A stretch of DNA of 41,478 bases from Desulfarculaceae bacterium. Lineage in GTDB: Bacteria > Desulfobacterota > Desulfarculia > Desulfarculales > Desulfarculaceae. The stretch is from contig JANQFN010000017.1 of assembly GCA_028277825.1 (NCBI GenBank), positions 1 to 41,478 of the forward strand. Direction: 5' to 3'. Below are positions 9,012 through 18,511 of the stretch, piece by piece. Within the stretch, counting starts at the first letter, position 1. The number at the start of each line of letters is the position of its first letter. The position numbers were made by a program, and so were the translations under genes. The notes below the pieces were generated by a model, which did not search any database, had not been told where the DNA came from, and saw nothing but the letters and a program-made list of their open reading frames with translations.

Positions 9012-9488
9012 CTACTTCTTTGCCCCACCCGCCTTGATAAGGATCTCCTGACCGGGTTTCAGGTCCACTTCGTAGTCCTTCTTGATGCCCGACACCGTAA
9101 TAGGCGTGTAGGAACGCCCCTCCCGAAGCCCCACGTAGCCGTCCACCAAGAGCCTGAGGTGGTGCCTGCCCGGCGGGGTCAGGAACACGGTGTCGCGCTT
9201 GAGGACCGGTCCCATAATCACCTTGAGGTTCTGATTGTCCGCCGGCCTCAGCGGCAGCATCCTGCCCTCTTGCAGCAGATAGAGTCCCCAGTCCCAGCGG
9301 GTGTAGGGCGTGGTGTCGTCGAACTGGTCAAAGCGGCTGCGGTCCTCTACGAAATGTATCTGCACCCGCACCCGGGCCGGATCGGGCCCTGGATCCACAA
9401 AACCGCCCTTGCCGCAGGCAAAGGCCGCTAAGCACAGGACCGCCAGAGCCGCGGTCAAGGCCAGCCGCGTTGTGCGGCCTCGCCTCAC
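9012..9488 (-). CDS. Hypothetical lipoprotein
   Basis: Signal peptide with lipobox AFAC; start overlaps the upstream gene stop. Confidence 0.7.
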   Translation of the reverse strand: MRRGRTTRLALTAALAVLCLAAFACGKGGFVDPGPDPARVRVQIHFVEDRSRFDQFDDTTPYTRWDWGLYLLQEGRMLPLRPADNQNLKVIMGPVLKRDTVFLTPPGRHHLRLLVDGYVGLREGRSYTPITVSGIKKDYEVDLKPGQEILIKAGGAKK

Positions 9489-10114
9489 TTGATAAGCCCG
9501 TGCTTTTTCAGGTCGCTTATCACCAGGGGCGCCAGCTTGTCCACCACCTGCTTGACGTTCTTTGGGTCGGTGATTTCCGACTGGGTGGACCAGATGCGTT
9601 TGCCGGTCTTGAGTTCATACAGGCTGCTTTGCAGGGCCAGGTATTTCTGCACCTGCATGGGTGCCGAGCCGTAAGCGTAGTTGTAGGCACCCGGATACAA
9701 AACGCCCCAGCCGCCTTGACCGCGGTAGCCGCGCCTCATATCCCCGCCCCAAGACGCGGAGGATACGTCGCGCGCGTCCTCCTTGATCAAAAAGGTGAGG
9801 AATATGGCCTGGGCCCCGATCTTGCGGGCCTCGGCCATGACCGCCTTTTCGTTCTTTTCGGTGTCGCGCGGTATCAGGGCCAGGCCCGAGGCGGACTTCA
9901 CGCCAGCGGCCTTGAACTGTTTGGCGAACGCTTCTTCAAAGGACTTGCGCACGCTGTTGTCCTTGGAAAGGGCGATGACCAGCACCTTATTGAAGGGTCC
10001 GCCCTTGAATTCCGGCTCCACCCACTGGCGGCGCAGGCTGCTGGTGGTGCAGGCGGCGGCCATCATGATCAAGGCGACCAAAATCGAAATGACCAGGGAA
10101 TATCTTTTTAGCAA
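9485..10114 (-). CDS. Hypothetical lipoprotein (DUF4136-like)
   Basis: TTG at 10114 after AAGGAGG; lipobox AAAC; KVLVIAL...RKSFE...LYELKTGKRIWS. Confidence 0.75.
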   Translation of the reverse strand: MLKRYSLVISILVALIMMAAACTTSSLRRQWVEPEFKGGPFNKVLVIALSKDNSVRKSFEEAFAKQFKAAGVKSASGLALIPRDTEKNEKAVMAEARKIGAQAIFLTFLIKEDARDVSSASWGGDMRRGYRGQGGWGVLYPGAYNYAYGSAPMQVQKYLALQSSLYELKTGKRIWSTQSEITDPKNVKQVVDKLAPLVISDLKKHGLIK

Positions 10115-10321
10115 ATCATATCCTCCTTGGGTGGCGCGGGCCCGACCGGGCCAGAGCGCGTGCATGCGGTGTCTTCTTTTTCGAGCCTAGCATGCCGGGT
10201 GAAAACGGGGGAAGGCTTTTAAACGTCCCGTTGTCATTTGCCTTTTCACGGGCCGGTTTTCTATGATGAAGCGGTAAATAAAATTCGGGGCCAGGCCCCG
10301 GACGAAAGGGTTTAGAGGAAC

Positions 10322-11293
10322 ATGGGAGATGAGCGGCAAATGTCTATGGGCGGAACGATGCAAGGGGCGGATATCATGGCTGGCAAGGAGTTCTTAAGCA
10401 AGTTGGTGGAACTGTGCCCCGACTGCATCATCGGAGTGAATCGCGCAGGCCAGGTGATCATCTTCAATCGGGCGGCCGAGGAACTCAGCGGCCTGAGCCG
10501 GGATGAGGTATTGGGCAAGCTGTCCATCACCGAGGTCTACGATCCGCCCGAGCTGGCCCGGGAGATAAAAAAGAAGCTGCACAGCAATGATTTCGGCGGC
10601 CCGGGCCGGGTGGACGGGGTGGAGGTGCAGGTCAAGGGCGCCGGAGGAAATGCCGTGCCCATACGCCTGTCTGCTGCCCTGCTCAGCCACCAGGGGCGGG
10701 AAATAGGCAGCGTGGGCTATTTTCACGACATGACCGCCCGCAAGGAACTGGAAGAGGAGTTGCGCCGGCGCTCGGTGACCGACAGCCTCACCGGACTGTT
10801 CAACCGGCGGCACTTTCACGCGGTGCTCAGCGGCGAGGCCGAGCGCAGCGCGCGCTACGGCCGGCCCCTGACTCTGGCCGTGTTCGATCTGGACAACTTC
10901 AAACCCTTTAACGACACCCACGGCCATCAGGAGGGCGACAACATCCTGCGCCTGATCGCCGAGGGCATGAACAAACAACTCCGCGCCACGGACCACGCCT
11001 TCAGGCTGGGCGGCGATGAATTCGCTTTTTTGATGGTGGAGACCGGCCTGGATACCGGCGTGAAGGTAATCGAACGCTTCCGCAAGAACTTCAACGATCA
11101 TTGGCTGCAAAAGACCAGCTATTTGAATTCGTCGTTGGAGCCGGTCACCATGAGTATCGGCCTGGCCGAGTTGTTGGAGGGCGAAAAGACCGACAAGCTC
11201 ATCCTGCGGGCGGATCTGGCCATGTATGAGGCCAAAAAGGCCGGTGGCGACCGTAGTGTGCGCGCCGGGGCGGCCATCGGCGCTGATGTCTGA
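10322..11293 (+). CDS. PAS-GGDEF diguanylate cyclase (start possibly 10376)
   Basis: PAS domain (FNRAAEELSG); DSLTGLFNRR; DLDNFKPFNDTHGHQEGD; RATD I-site; intact GGDEF. Confidence 0.93.
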   Translation: MGDERQMSMGGTMQGADIMAGKEFLSKLVELCPDCIIGVNRAGQVIIFNRAAEELSGLSRDEVLGKLSITEVYDPPELAREIKKKLHSNDFGGPGRVDGVEVQVKGAGGNAVPIRLSAALLSHQGREIGSVGYFHDMTARKELEEELRRRSVTDSLTGLFNRRHFHAVLSGEAERSARYGRPLTLAVFDLDNFKPFNDTHGHQEGDNILRLIAEGMNKQLRATDHAFRLGGDEFAFLMVETGLDTGVKVIERFRKNFNDHWLQKTSYLNSSLEPVTMSIGLAELLEGEKTDKLILRADLAMYEAKKAGGDRSVRAGAAIGADV

Positions 11294-11317
11294 GCGAGCC
11301 GGTTTTTGCTCAACAAC

Positions 11318-11872
11318 TTATTCAGCCAATAACTGATCGATCAGCTTTTCCCCGGTCCGGGGATTGAAGCCCCCGAAGTGCTGGAAGCGGATATAGCCCT
11401 GCTTGTCGATGATGGCCATCTCCGGGGTGCCGCCGGTGCGGAAAGCCTTCATGGTTTCGGGCAGGCGGCTGTTTTTTAGCTGCCGGTCCACGCCCACCGG
11501 GTGGTGCATGCCCTTTTCTTTGACAAACTCCCTGAGCTTGGCTGGGGTCTGGAAGGAATGGCCCTCGAACACGGTGTGGATGCTGACCAGGGCCAGTTTG
11601 CCCTCCTTTATCTCCTGGGCGTATTTCTTGGCCCAGTATTTCATCAGGGGGATGGAAAACGAGTTGCAGCCCGGGCACCAGAGTTGGAAGAACTCGATGA
11701 TGACCACCCTGCCCCTGAGATCGGCTAGGCTGAGGGCCGGCGAGTTGATCCACTCGCTGACCTGCCACTCAGGCGCTTTTTGGGAAAGGTTTTTGGCTGC
11801 CACAGCCGGAGCCGCTAAGAACAGCAAACCCGCCAGCAAAGCGGCTGCCAAAATCACGGCTGTTTTTTTCAC
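11318..11872 (-). CDS. Exported redoxin/TlpA-like thioredoxin-fold protein
   Basis: Signal peptide; LADLRGRVVIIEFFQLWCPGC; HTVFE; GTP. Confidence 0.85.
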   Translation of the reverse strand: MKKTAVILAAALLAGLLFLAAPAVAAKNLSQKAPEWQVSEWINSPALSLADLRGRVVIIEFFQLWCPGCNSFSIPLMKYWAKKYAQEIKEGKLALVSIHTVFEGHSFQTPAKLREFVKEKGMHHPVGVDRQLKNSRLPETMKAFRTGGTPEMAIIDKQGYIRFQHFGGFNPRTGEKLIDQLLAE

Positions 11873-12092
11873 CTGCCCTGCCCTGCTCCCCCTCTCATGA
11901 GAGTAAGGCGTCCCCTGCTCTGGGTATTCAAGTATAGCAACTCTGGAATTTAGCGCAAAGAGCCTTTAAGAAGGCTTGTCGCGAGTTCAGCCAAACTTTG
12001 GCGGCAGCGGCCTAGATTACTGGCAACAAGCTAGAGGTGGGGTCATAAATTTGTCTTGTTGTCAATGATTACCCCATGCAACGGCATCGGTC

Positions 12093-12626
12093 TCAATTAG
12101 AAAGCAGATCGCCAAGGCCGGCCATGAACTCCCCCCGGGCCGCCAGCCACAGAAACGCCTCTTCACACTGCATTTCAAAGTGGTCCTGGTGCTGAAACCG
12201 TTGGGGTGACACCTGCAGCACATAGGAGTTGACCTGTCCCTGCTCCTTCCAGAACCAATCTGCACTGCCCATTTGTATGAAATCAGGATTCGTAGTGGCG
12301 ATGGCAGCCAGACCGTCCAGCAGACCACGCCCGTCAGCATCATCCCGGACCACCAGGGCGAGGTAGGCCAATTGGTACATGGCCTTGCCCGGAGGCTCCG
12401 TCACGGGCAGGCGTTGCCAGTCCTCGGGTGGAGCATCGCGGGGAATTACAATATGGCCGCTGCAACTCTGCAGGGTGTAGCAGTGGGGTATTTGGTTGCA
12501 AGCAACCACCAGGTCCTTCATCTCCGGGTCCAGAATCCCGGGGTCCAGCTCTCTCAGGGAGCGTTGCTTTTTTTGAGCAAAGCCGGGATTTTCCCGCAGA
12601 TCCTTGGCCGCGCAAAAAGTCTCCAT
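12093..12626 (-). CDS. Hypothetical protein with TYW3/Taw3-like N-terminal motif
   Basis: GILDPEMKDLVVACNQIPHCYTLQSCSGHI resembles the TYW3 pattern D...L...N...TxSSCSGRI. Confidence 0.65.
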   Translation of the reverse strand: METFCAAKDLRENPGFAQKKQRSLRELDPGILDPEMKDLVVACNQIPHCYTLQSCSGHIVIPRDAPPEDWQRLPVTEPPGKAMYQLAYLALVVRDDADGRGLLDGLAAIATTNPDFIQMGSADWFWKEQGQVNSYVLQVSPQRFQHQDHFEMQCEEAFLWLAARGEFMAGLGDLLSN

Positions 12627-12684
12627 GTCATTGCCTCTTACTTACCGCTAAATCATCATCAACTGTCCAGCACAGCCATAATAT

Positions 12685-12714
12685 AGAAAAGGACCTGACT
12701 AAAAAGCCAGGTCC
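12685..12714 (-). terminator. Intrinsic terminator after tRNA-Cys
   Basis: GGACCTGGCT/AGTCAGGTCC stem followed by TTTTCT on the minus strand. Confidence 0.65.
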
Positions 12715-12726
12715 CTCTCAAAATCT

Positions 12727-12802
12727 TGGAGGCGGCGACCGGATTTGAACCGGTGAATAACGGATTTGCAGTCCGCTGCCTTAGCCACTTGGCTACGCCG
12801 CC
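12727..12802 (-). tRNA. tRNA-Cys(GCA)
   Basis: GGCGGCG acceptor stem, anticodon arm GCGGA-CTGCAAA-TCCGT, GGTTCAAATCC T-arm, encoded CCA. Confidence 0.97.
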
Positions 12803-12844
12803 TTATGAGCTCTTTTCACCGTGATTAGGGAACCTTAACCCGTA

Positions 12845-13105
12845 TCACAGCAGGTCAAAACTATATCGGCCACTTTCAGGGGTGTCAAGGGGAAACCAGG
12901 ACGCTGCCCCCATCCTACCCCGTAAGCGCAGACAATTGCGCTGGCTTTGGGTGATTATCTCAGCCAGCAGGCCCGCCACCCAGCCGGAGAGACGTTTGCA
13001 TTTGATCATGTCCGGTTGCTCACCGAACCGTTTGAACGACCCAGCGCAGCACAAGCCATTGTCACGCAGTGCAAAGGCCCTTTGTTCCACTTCCTGAGTT
13101 CGCAT
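12845..13105 (-). pseudogene. Probable internally deleted C_GCAxxG_C_C-family remnant
   Basis: EVEQRAFALRDNGLCCAGS resembles the family N-terminus and is joined directly to a C-terminal-like CKRLSGWVAGLLAEII; the central GGG/CGA motifs are missing; the tail overlaps the tRNA promoter. Confidence 0.4.
12860..12888 (-). promoter_or_regulatory. Sigma70 promoter for tRNA-Cys
   Basis: TTGACA-17 nt-TATAGT on the minus strand. Confidence 0.75.
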
Positions 13106-13212
13106 TGGCTTCTTCTTCTTGGAATTACAAAAGATTTAAGTCAAACCCAGCTGGAGCCGCTTTTGCTTGGCCTGCATGAGTTATCGTGATATAAGATTTA
13201 ACTAGATTATAT

Positions 13213-13259
13213 ATCGATTCAAACGATTAATTTCGATGGCACGAATCGAATGATGCGAT
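13213..13259. promoter_or_regulatory. Two LysR-type T-N11-A boxes
   Basis: ATCG-N7-CGAT at 13213-13227 and at 13245-13259, directly upstream of the LysR gene. Confidence 0.65.
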
Positions 13260-13271
13260 GGGAATGGAAGC

Positions 13272-14165
13272 ATGGAACTCAGAAACTTGAAAACCTTTCA
13301 CACCGTGGCGCGGCTATTGAGCTTTAATCGCGCGGCCCAGGAGCTGCACTATGCCCAATCCACGGTCTCCGCCCAGATACAGGCCCTGGAGGAAGAACTT
13401 GGCGTGCGCCTGTTCGACCGCCTGGGCCGGGGCATATTGCTCACCGAGGCTGGCGAGGGCTTGTTGGGCTATGCCCAAAAAATGCTGGACCTGGATGAGG
13501 CTGCCCGCGCCGAGTTGAGCGAAGACGCGGTTGCTTCGGGCTCGCTCACCATCCGGGTGCCGGACAGCTTATGCGCCTATCACCTGCCCCGGGTCATCCA
13601 AAGCTTCCATGCCTTGCATCCGGAGGTGCGCCTGAACCTCATCAACTGCACCCACGATGGCCTTTACAAGGACCTGCGCAAGGGGGTCACTGACCTGGCC
13701 TTCCTGTTGACCGACACCATATCCGCGCTGGACCTGAAGGTGGAGGCCCTGGGCGTCTTGCCCCTGGCCCTGGTGGCCAGCCCCGCTCACCCCTTGGCCG
13801 CCCAGCCAAGGGTGGGCATCGCCGATTTGGCTGGTCAAACCCTGCTCCTGTCCAAGGTGGATTGCTCCTATCGCCGCCTGTTGGAGGCGGATTTGAGGCG
13901 GGAAGAAATCGAACCACAAGCCATCTTTGACTTCAACAGCATAGCGGCCATCAAGCGCTGCCTGATCCGCGGCCTGGGGGTCAGCGTACTGCCCCTGGTG
14001 GCGGTGCAAGAGGATATCCCTCCCGGTCGGCTTAAAATTTTGCCCTGGCGCCAAAACGATCTGGAGGTGGCCTGTTTGATGATCTGGCACCAGCGGCGCT
14101 GGCTTTCGCCGGCGCTCATGGCCTTCATGGAGGTGGTCAGGCGGGAACTGCCCGAGGAATTGTGA
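13272..14165 (+). CDS. LysR-family transcriptional regulator
   Basis: LSFNRAAQELHYAQSTVSAQIQALEEELGVRLFDR HTH plus substrate-binding domain. Confidence 0.95.
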   Translation: MELRNLKTFHTVARLLSFNRAAQELHYAQSTVSAQIQALEEELGVRLFDRLGRGILLTEAGEGLLGYAQKMLDLDEAARAELSEDAVASGSLTIRVPDSLCAYHLPRVIQSFHALHPEVRLNLINCTHDGLYKDLRKGVTDLAFLLTDTISALDLKVEALGVLPLALVASPAHPLAAQPRVGIADLAGQTLLLSKVDCSYRRLLEADLRREEIEPQAIFDFNSIAAIKRCLIRGLGVSVLPLVAVQEDIPPGRLKILPWRQNDLEVACLMIWHQRRWLSPALMAFMEVVRRELPEEL

Positions 14166-14244
14166 GCAGCTTGGGTGTAGATACAAAAGAGTCTTGAAGG
14201 AAAGGAAAAGCAGGCAGACGGGGCCCAGCAGTTGCTGAGTGCTC

Positions 14245-14279
14245 AAAATAAAACAACCGGCCCCTCTCAGGACCGGCTG
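14245..14279 (-). terminator. Intrinsic terminator after tRNA-Gly
   Basis: CAGCCGGTCC/GGGCCGGTTG stem followed by TTTTATTTT on the minus strand. Confidence 0.7.
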
Positions 14280-14289
14280 ATTCATTTTT

Positions 14290-14364
<75 letters not shown>

Positions 14365-14378
14365 TCAGCGGCATCGAA

Positions 14379-14406
14379 ATATTACAGTATCTGACTGTTA
14401 TGTCAA
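14379..14406 (-). promoter_or_regulatory. Probable sigma70 promoter for tRNA-Gly
   Basis: TTGACA-16 nt-TAATAT on the minus strand just 5' of the tRNA. Confidence 0.55.
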
Positions 14407-14413
14407 GGCTAAT

Positions 14414-14995
14414 CTAGCCCTTATCCTCTTCTCCCTCGGCCAAAAGGCGGTTGAAACGCAAGAAATAGCGCAATCCCGATATAAAGCTGACAATGGTGGC
14501 CGCCCACAGGGCGTACATGCCCCAAAACTGGGGATCAAAGCCGGATATGGGGTAGTGGATGATCAACAGAAACACAGCCAGCATCTGCAGGCCGGTTTTG
14601 GCCTTGCCCCAGCGGTCGCTGGGCACAGCCAAATCCTGGGTGGCGGCCAGGGCGCGCAGGCCGGTGACCGCGGCGTCGCGGCCCATGATGATGATGGCCA
14701 TCCAGGCCGGGGCCCGGCCCAAATAGACCAGCATCACCAGCATGGAGGCGATCAGAAGCTTGTCAGCCAATGGGTCCAGGAACTGGCCCGTCACGGTGAC
14801 GATCTTCATGCGCCGGGCCACGAAGCCGTCCAACAGGTCGCTGAGGCCCGCCACGAAAAACAAGCCCGCCGCGGTCCAAGACCAGCCCGGCCCGGGCAAA
14901 TAGAGCATGCCCACCAACAGAGGTATGGAACCCACGCGCACCAGAGTGATCAGGTTGGGTAGGTTCAATACTTCTCGGCGTCTGACGGACCGCAT
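14414..14995 (-). CDS. pgsA: CDP-diacylglycerol--glycerol-3-phosphate 3-phosphatidyltransferase
   Basis: NLPNLITLVR; SDLLDGFVARR...GQFLDPLADK; GKAKT; next to tRNA-Gly/Cys as in many proteobacteria. Confidence 0.92.
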   Translation of the reverse strand: MRSVRRREVLNLPNLITLVRVGSIPLLVGMLYLPGPGWSWTAAGLFFVAGLSDLLDGFVARRMKIVTVTGQFLDPLADKLLIASMLVMLVYLGRAPAWMAIIIMGRDAAVTGLRALAATQDLAVPSDRWGKAKTGLQMLAVFLLIIHYPISGFDPQFWGMYALWAATIVSFISGLRYFLRFNRLLAEGEEDKG

Positions 14996-15013
14996 GGCTT
15001 CAGTCTCAGGCGT

Positions 15014-15661
15014 TTAGCCTTTTTCCACCTTTTCCCAGTCAGCCAAGAATGCCTCCAGGCCCTTGTCAGTCAGGGGGTGCTTCAGAAGCTGATCGATGAC
15101 TTTCAGAGGGAGGGTGCACACGTCGGCGCCCATCAGGGCCGAGGCCACCACGTGCAGGGGGTTGCGCACGCTGGCCACCAGCACCTCGGTGTCATAAGCG
15201 TAGTTGCCGTAGATGTCCACCACCTGCTGGATCAGTTCCATGCCGTCGGTGGAGATGTCGTCTAGGCGGCCCACAAAGGGGCTGATGTAGGCGGCACCGG
15301 CCTTGGCAGCCAAAAGCGCCTGCATGGGCGAGAAGCATAGGGTTACGTTCACCTTGATGCCTTCATCCGACAGGGTCTTGATGGCCTTGAGCCCTTCCCG
15401 GATGATGGGCACCTTGACCACCACGTTGTCGGCCCAGGAGGCAAAGGTCTTGGCTTCAGCCACCATACCGTCGTGGTCAGTGGCCACCACCTCCACGCTC
15501 ACCGGCCCGGGCACCACCTCCAGAATTTCCTTGATGCAGGCCTCAAAGGGCTTGCCGGTCTTGGCCACCAGGGAGGGGTTGGTGGTCACCCCGTCCAGCA
15601 CGCCCAGACTCTGCGCCTCCTTGATTTCGTCGATGTCGGCGGTGTCGATGAAAATCTGCAT
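15014..15661 (-). CDS. fsa: Transaldolase / fructose-6-phosphate aldolase family
   Basis: [34 protein letters not shown]; ATG 15661 after AGGAGG. Confidence 0.9.
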   Translation of the reverse strand: MQIFIDTADIDEIKEAQSLGVLDGVTTNPSLVAKTGKPFEACIKEILEVVPGPVSVEVVATDHDGMVAEAKTFASWADNVVVKVPIIREGLKAIKTLSDEGIKVNVTLCFSPMQALLAAKAGAAYISPFVGRLDDISTDGMELIQQVVDIYGNYAYDTEVLVASVRNPLHVVASALMGADVCTLPLKVIDQLLKHPLTDKGLEAFLADWEKVEKG

Positions 15662-15718
15662 GTCGCCTTCCTCCTGAACCAAAAAAATTACAGCGGCCAG
15701 ATGCCGCCGGTATGCACT

Positions 15719-16018
15719 CTAATTCGCCTCGCTCTTCTCATCCGGCTCCTTGCCGGCCAGGTAGGCGTCGCGGCAGGCCTTGCTGCAAAAAAAGCGCTCT
15801 TCTCCCTTGGCCCAGGCCCGCACCGATTCGTGCTTGGGCAGATAGGTGCCGCACTGGGGGTCTTGCACCATCACATCCATCACCTCGCCGGAGCTGGTCC
15901 GCTTGCCCGAACGTATCTGGGCCTGGGACTTGTTTTTCATCCAGCGTTTGATGGCGCGCACCCCGAACCAGATCAAAAGGCCGATAAGCGCCAGTTGCAG
16001 AATCCTGATCAGGCCCAT
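15719..16018 (-). CDS. Small membrane-anchored YHS/TRASH-domain protein
   Basis: N-terminal TM segment; MVQDPQCGTYLP...FFCSKACRD. Confidence 0.8.
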   Translation of the reverse strand: MGLIRILQLALIGLLIWFGVRAIKRWMKNKSQAQIRSGKRTSSGEVMDVMVQDPQCGTYLPKHESVRAWAKGEERFFCSKACRDAYLAGKEPDEKSEAN

Positions 16019-16521
16019 GAAACCTTTTCCACTTCCTGGCCAGCCTTTTCGGCCGGGTCCAGTTCTTGCCAAAGCTGCCCGGCGGTCTTGCCCCAGCGAG
16101 GCAACAGCAATTCCGGGGCCAGCTCGGCCAGGGGTATCAACACAAAGCCCCGCTCATGCAGGCGGGGATGGGGCACTTGCAAATCGGGCTGGTCCATGAC
16201 CAGCTCGCCCAGCAGCAGGATGTCCAAATCCAGGGTGCGCGGCCCCCAACGCTCGCTGCGCTCCCTGCCCCGGGCCGCCTCTAGGGCCTGCAAGGCTCTG
16301 AGCAACTCACCGGGCGTACCCTCATACATACCACGGCACACCGCATTGTAAAACGCCGGCTGGTCGGTTTTTCCCACGGCAGCGGTTTTGTACAGCGAAG
16401 ACACCGCCCCGGCGGTGTAGCCCGGCAGCGAGGCCAGGCGCTCCAGAGCGAACATCAGGTGTTTTTTGGGTTGGCCCAGGTTGGAGCCCAGGCCGATGAA
16501 AGCCTCCCGGGCTCGGGGCAC
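16009..16521 (-). CDS. folK: 2-amino-4-hydroxy-6-hydroxymethyldihydropteridine pyrophosphokinase
   Basis: AFIGLGSNLG, FYNAV, RWGPRTLDLDILL, PHPRLHERGFVLIPL; GTG start just after the dapL stop. Confidence 0.93.
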   Translation of the reverse strand: MPRAREAFIGLGSNLGQPKKHLMFALERLASLPGYTAGAVSSLYKTAAVGKTDQPAFYNAVCRGMYEGTPGELLRALQALEAARGRERSERWGPRTLDLDILLLGELVMDQPDLQVPHPRLHERGFVLIPLAELAPELLLPRWGKTAGQLWQELDPAEKAGQEVEKVSWA

Positions 16522-16525
16522 TGGT

Positions 16526-17692
16526 TTAGAGCCCCAGTTTGGCCAGGCGCTCCACGGCCTCGGCCATGCGTTCTTGGTCAACGGTCAGGGCGAAGCGCAC
16601 GTAGCCCTCGCCGGCGTCGCCAAAGCCGTTGCCCGGGGTGCTGACCACACCGGCCTCGGAGAGAAGCTTCATGGTGAAGTCCGCGCTTTTGATGCCCGGT
16701 GGGCAAGCGCACCACACGTAGAAGGTGGCCTGAGGCGGCTCCACCTCCAGGCCCAAATCCTTGAGGCCGGCCACCAACACGTCCCGGCGGCCGGTGTACA
16801 TCTGGCGCATCTCATCCACGCAAGATTGATCCGCCTCCAGGGCAATGATGCCCGCCTCCTGCACCGCGTCAAAGGCGCCGGAATCCACCTGACTCTTGAC
16901 CTGGCCCAGGCCGCCGACGAGTTCCGCGTTGCCCGCGGCCATGCCCAGGCGCCAGCCGGTCATGTTGTAGGTCTTGGACAGGCTGTGGAACTCGATGCCC
17001 ACCTCCAGGGCGCCCGGCGCCTGCAGGAAACTGGGCGCCTGGTAGCCGTCAAAACCCATCTCAGTATAGGCCGCGTCTGAGACCACGATGATCTCGTTGG
17101 CTTTGGCGAACTCCACCACCTTGGCGTAGAAATCCAAATCCGCCACTGCGGCGGTGGGGTTGTTGGGGTAGTTGATCACCAGGGCCTTGGCCTCCTGGGC
17201 TAGGGCCGGGTCAATGGCCTCCAGGTCGGGCAGGAAGTTGTTCTCTTTTAAGAGCGGCATCTCCACCGGCTCGCCGTCGGCCATGTAGGTGGAGGCCGAG
17301 TACACCGGATAGGCCGGGCTGGGCACCAGCACCTTGTCGCCGGGATTGACGAACGCCAGGGGGAAGTGGGCAATGCCCTCCTTGGAGCCGATCAGGGTGA
17401 TCACTTGGCTGAGCGCGTCCAGATCGACACCGAAGCGGCGGCCGTACCAGGCGGCCACGGACTTGCGGAAGCGGTCCATGCCCGAATAGGCCGGGTACTT
17501 GTGGGTGGCCGGGTCGGCGGCCGCTTTGGCCAAGCTCTCGATGATGTGCCCCGGCGTGGGCTGGTCCGGGTCGCCCACTCCCAAATCGATGATGTCCACG
17601 CCCTGGGAGCGCACCTCGTCGCGCAGGCGGTCGATCTCCTTGAACAGATAAGGGGGCAATTTTTGCAATCGTTGGGCGCGCTCGAAATTCAT
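16526..17692 (-). CDS. dapL: LL-diaminopimelate aminotransferase
   Basis: LPPYLF, GSKEGIAH, NYPNNPT, SLSKTYNMTGWR; located in the dap cluster. Confidence 0.85.
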   Translation of the reverse strand: MNFERAQRLQKLPPYLFKEIDRLRDEVRSQGVDIIDLGVGDPDQPTPGHIIESLAKAAADPATHKYPAYSGMDRFRKSVAAWYGRRFGVDLDALSQVITLIGSKEGIAHFPLAFVNPGDKVLVPSPAYPVYSASTYMADGEPVEMPLLKENNFLPDLEAIDPALAQEAKALVINYPNNPTAAVADLDFYAKVVEFAKANEIIVVSDAAYTEMGFDGYQAPSFLQAPGALEVGIEFHSLSKTYNMTGWRLGMAAGNAELVGGLGQVKSQVDSGAFDAVQEAGIIALEADQSCVDEMRQMYTGRRDVLVAGLKDLGLEVEPPQATFYVWCACPPGIKSADFTMKLLSEAGVVSTPGNGFGDAGEGYVRFALTVDQERMAEAVERLAKLGL

Positions 17693-17725
17693 GGCAAGTC
17701 CTTGTCTGGCTCTGGGATTATTCCT

Positions 17726-18511
17726 CTAAAGCACCGGGTTGGTCAGACGCCCGATGCCCTTTACTTCAATGGTTATGACATCCCCGGATTTCATGGGGCC
17801 CACGCCCGCCGGGGTGCCGGTGGCGATCACGTCGCCCGGATTCAAGGTCATCACTTGGCTGACATGGCTCAGTATAAAATATACGTCAAAGATCATATCC
17901 GAGGTCTTGGCGCTTTGCTTGAGTTTCTTATTCAACAGGGCCCTGACCCGCAGTTTCGTGGGGTCAATGTCCAGGGCGATGACGGGCCCGAGGGGACAGA
18001 AGGTGTCAAACCCCTTGGCCCGGGCCCATTGTACGTCCTTCTTCTGCAGATCGCGCGCCGAGACGTCATTCAAGCAAGTGTAGCCCAGGATATAATCCGT
18101 CGCCTCTTCCGGGGTGACCGAACGGCATTTTTTGCCGATCACCACGGCCAGTTCGGCCTCATGATCCACCCGCTTGCTGAACGCGGGCAGGATGATATTC
18201 TGGCCCGGCCCGATGACGGAACTGGGCGGTTTCAAAAATACCATGGGCTCTGGGGGCAGCGGGCTGTTGAACTCCTCGGCGTGAGCCTTGTAGTTGCGGC
18301 CTATGGCCACCACCTTGGAGGGACGGCAGGGCGCCAGGATTTTCACCTTCTCCAGGGGAGCGGTTTTTTTGCCCGGCTTGCCGCCGGCGAACGGAGAGCC
18401 CTCGTACAGGCGCAGCCGCGCGCCGGTCAGCAGGCCGTAGCGCACCCTGCCCCCATAGGAAAAGCGGATGATTCCTTTGTCGCAGTCGATCAGGTCGCGG
18501 TTTTTTCCCAT
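17726..18511 (-). CDS. Fumarylacetoacetate hydrolase family protein
   Basis: GRNYKAH, FLKP, DHEAEL, NDVSARD, KGFDTFCPLGP, GTPAGVG. Confidence 0.9.
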   Translation of the reverse strand: MGKNRDLIDCDKGIIRFSYGGRVRYGLLTGARLRLYEGSPFAGGKPGKKTAPLEKVKILAPCRPSKVVAIGRNYKAHAEEFNSPLPPEPMVFLKPPSSVIGPGQNIILPAFSKRVDHEAELAVVIGKKCRSVTPEEATDYILGYTCLNDVSARDLQKKDVQWARAKGFDTFCPLGPVIALDIDPTKLRVRALLNKKLKQSAKTSDMIFDVYFILSHVSQVMTLNPGDVIATGTPAGVGPMKSGDVITIEVKGIGRLTNPVL

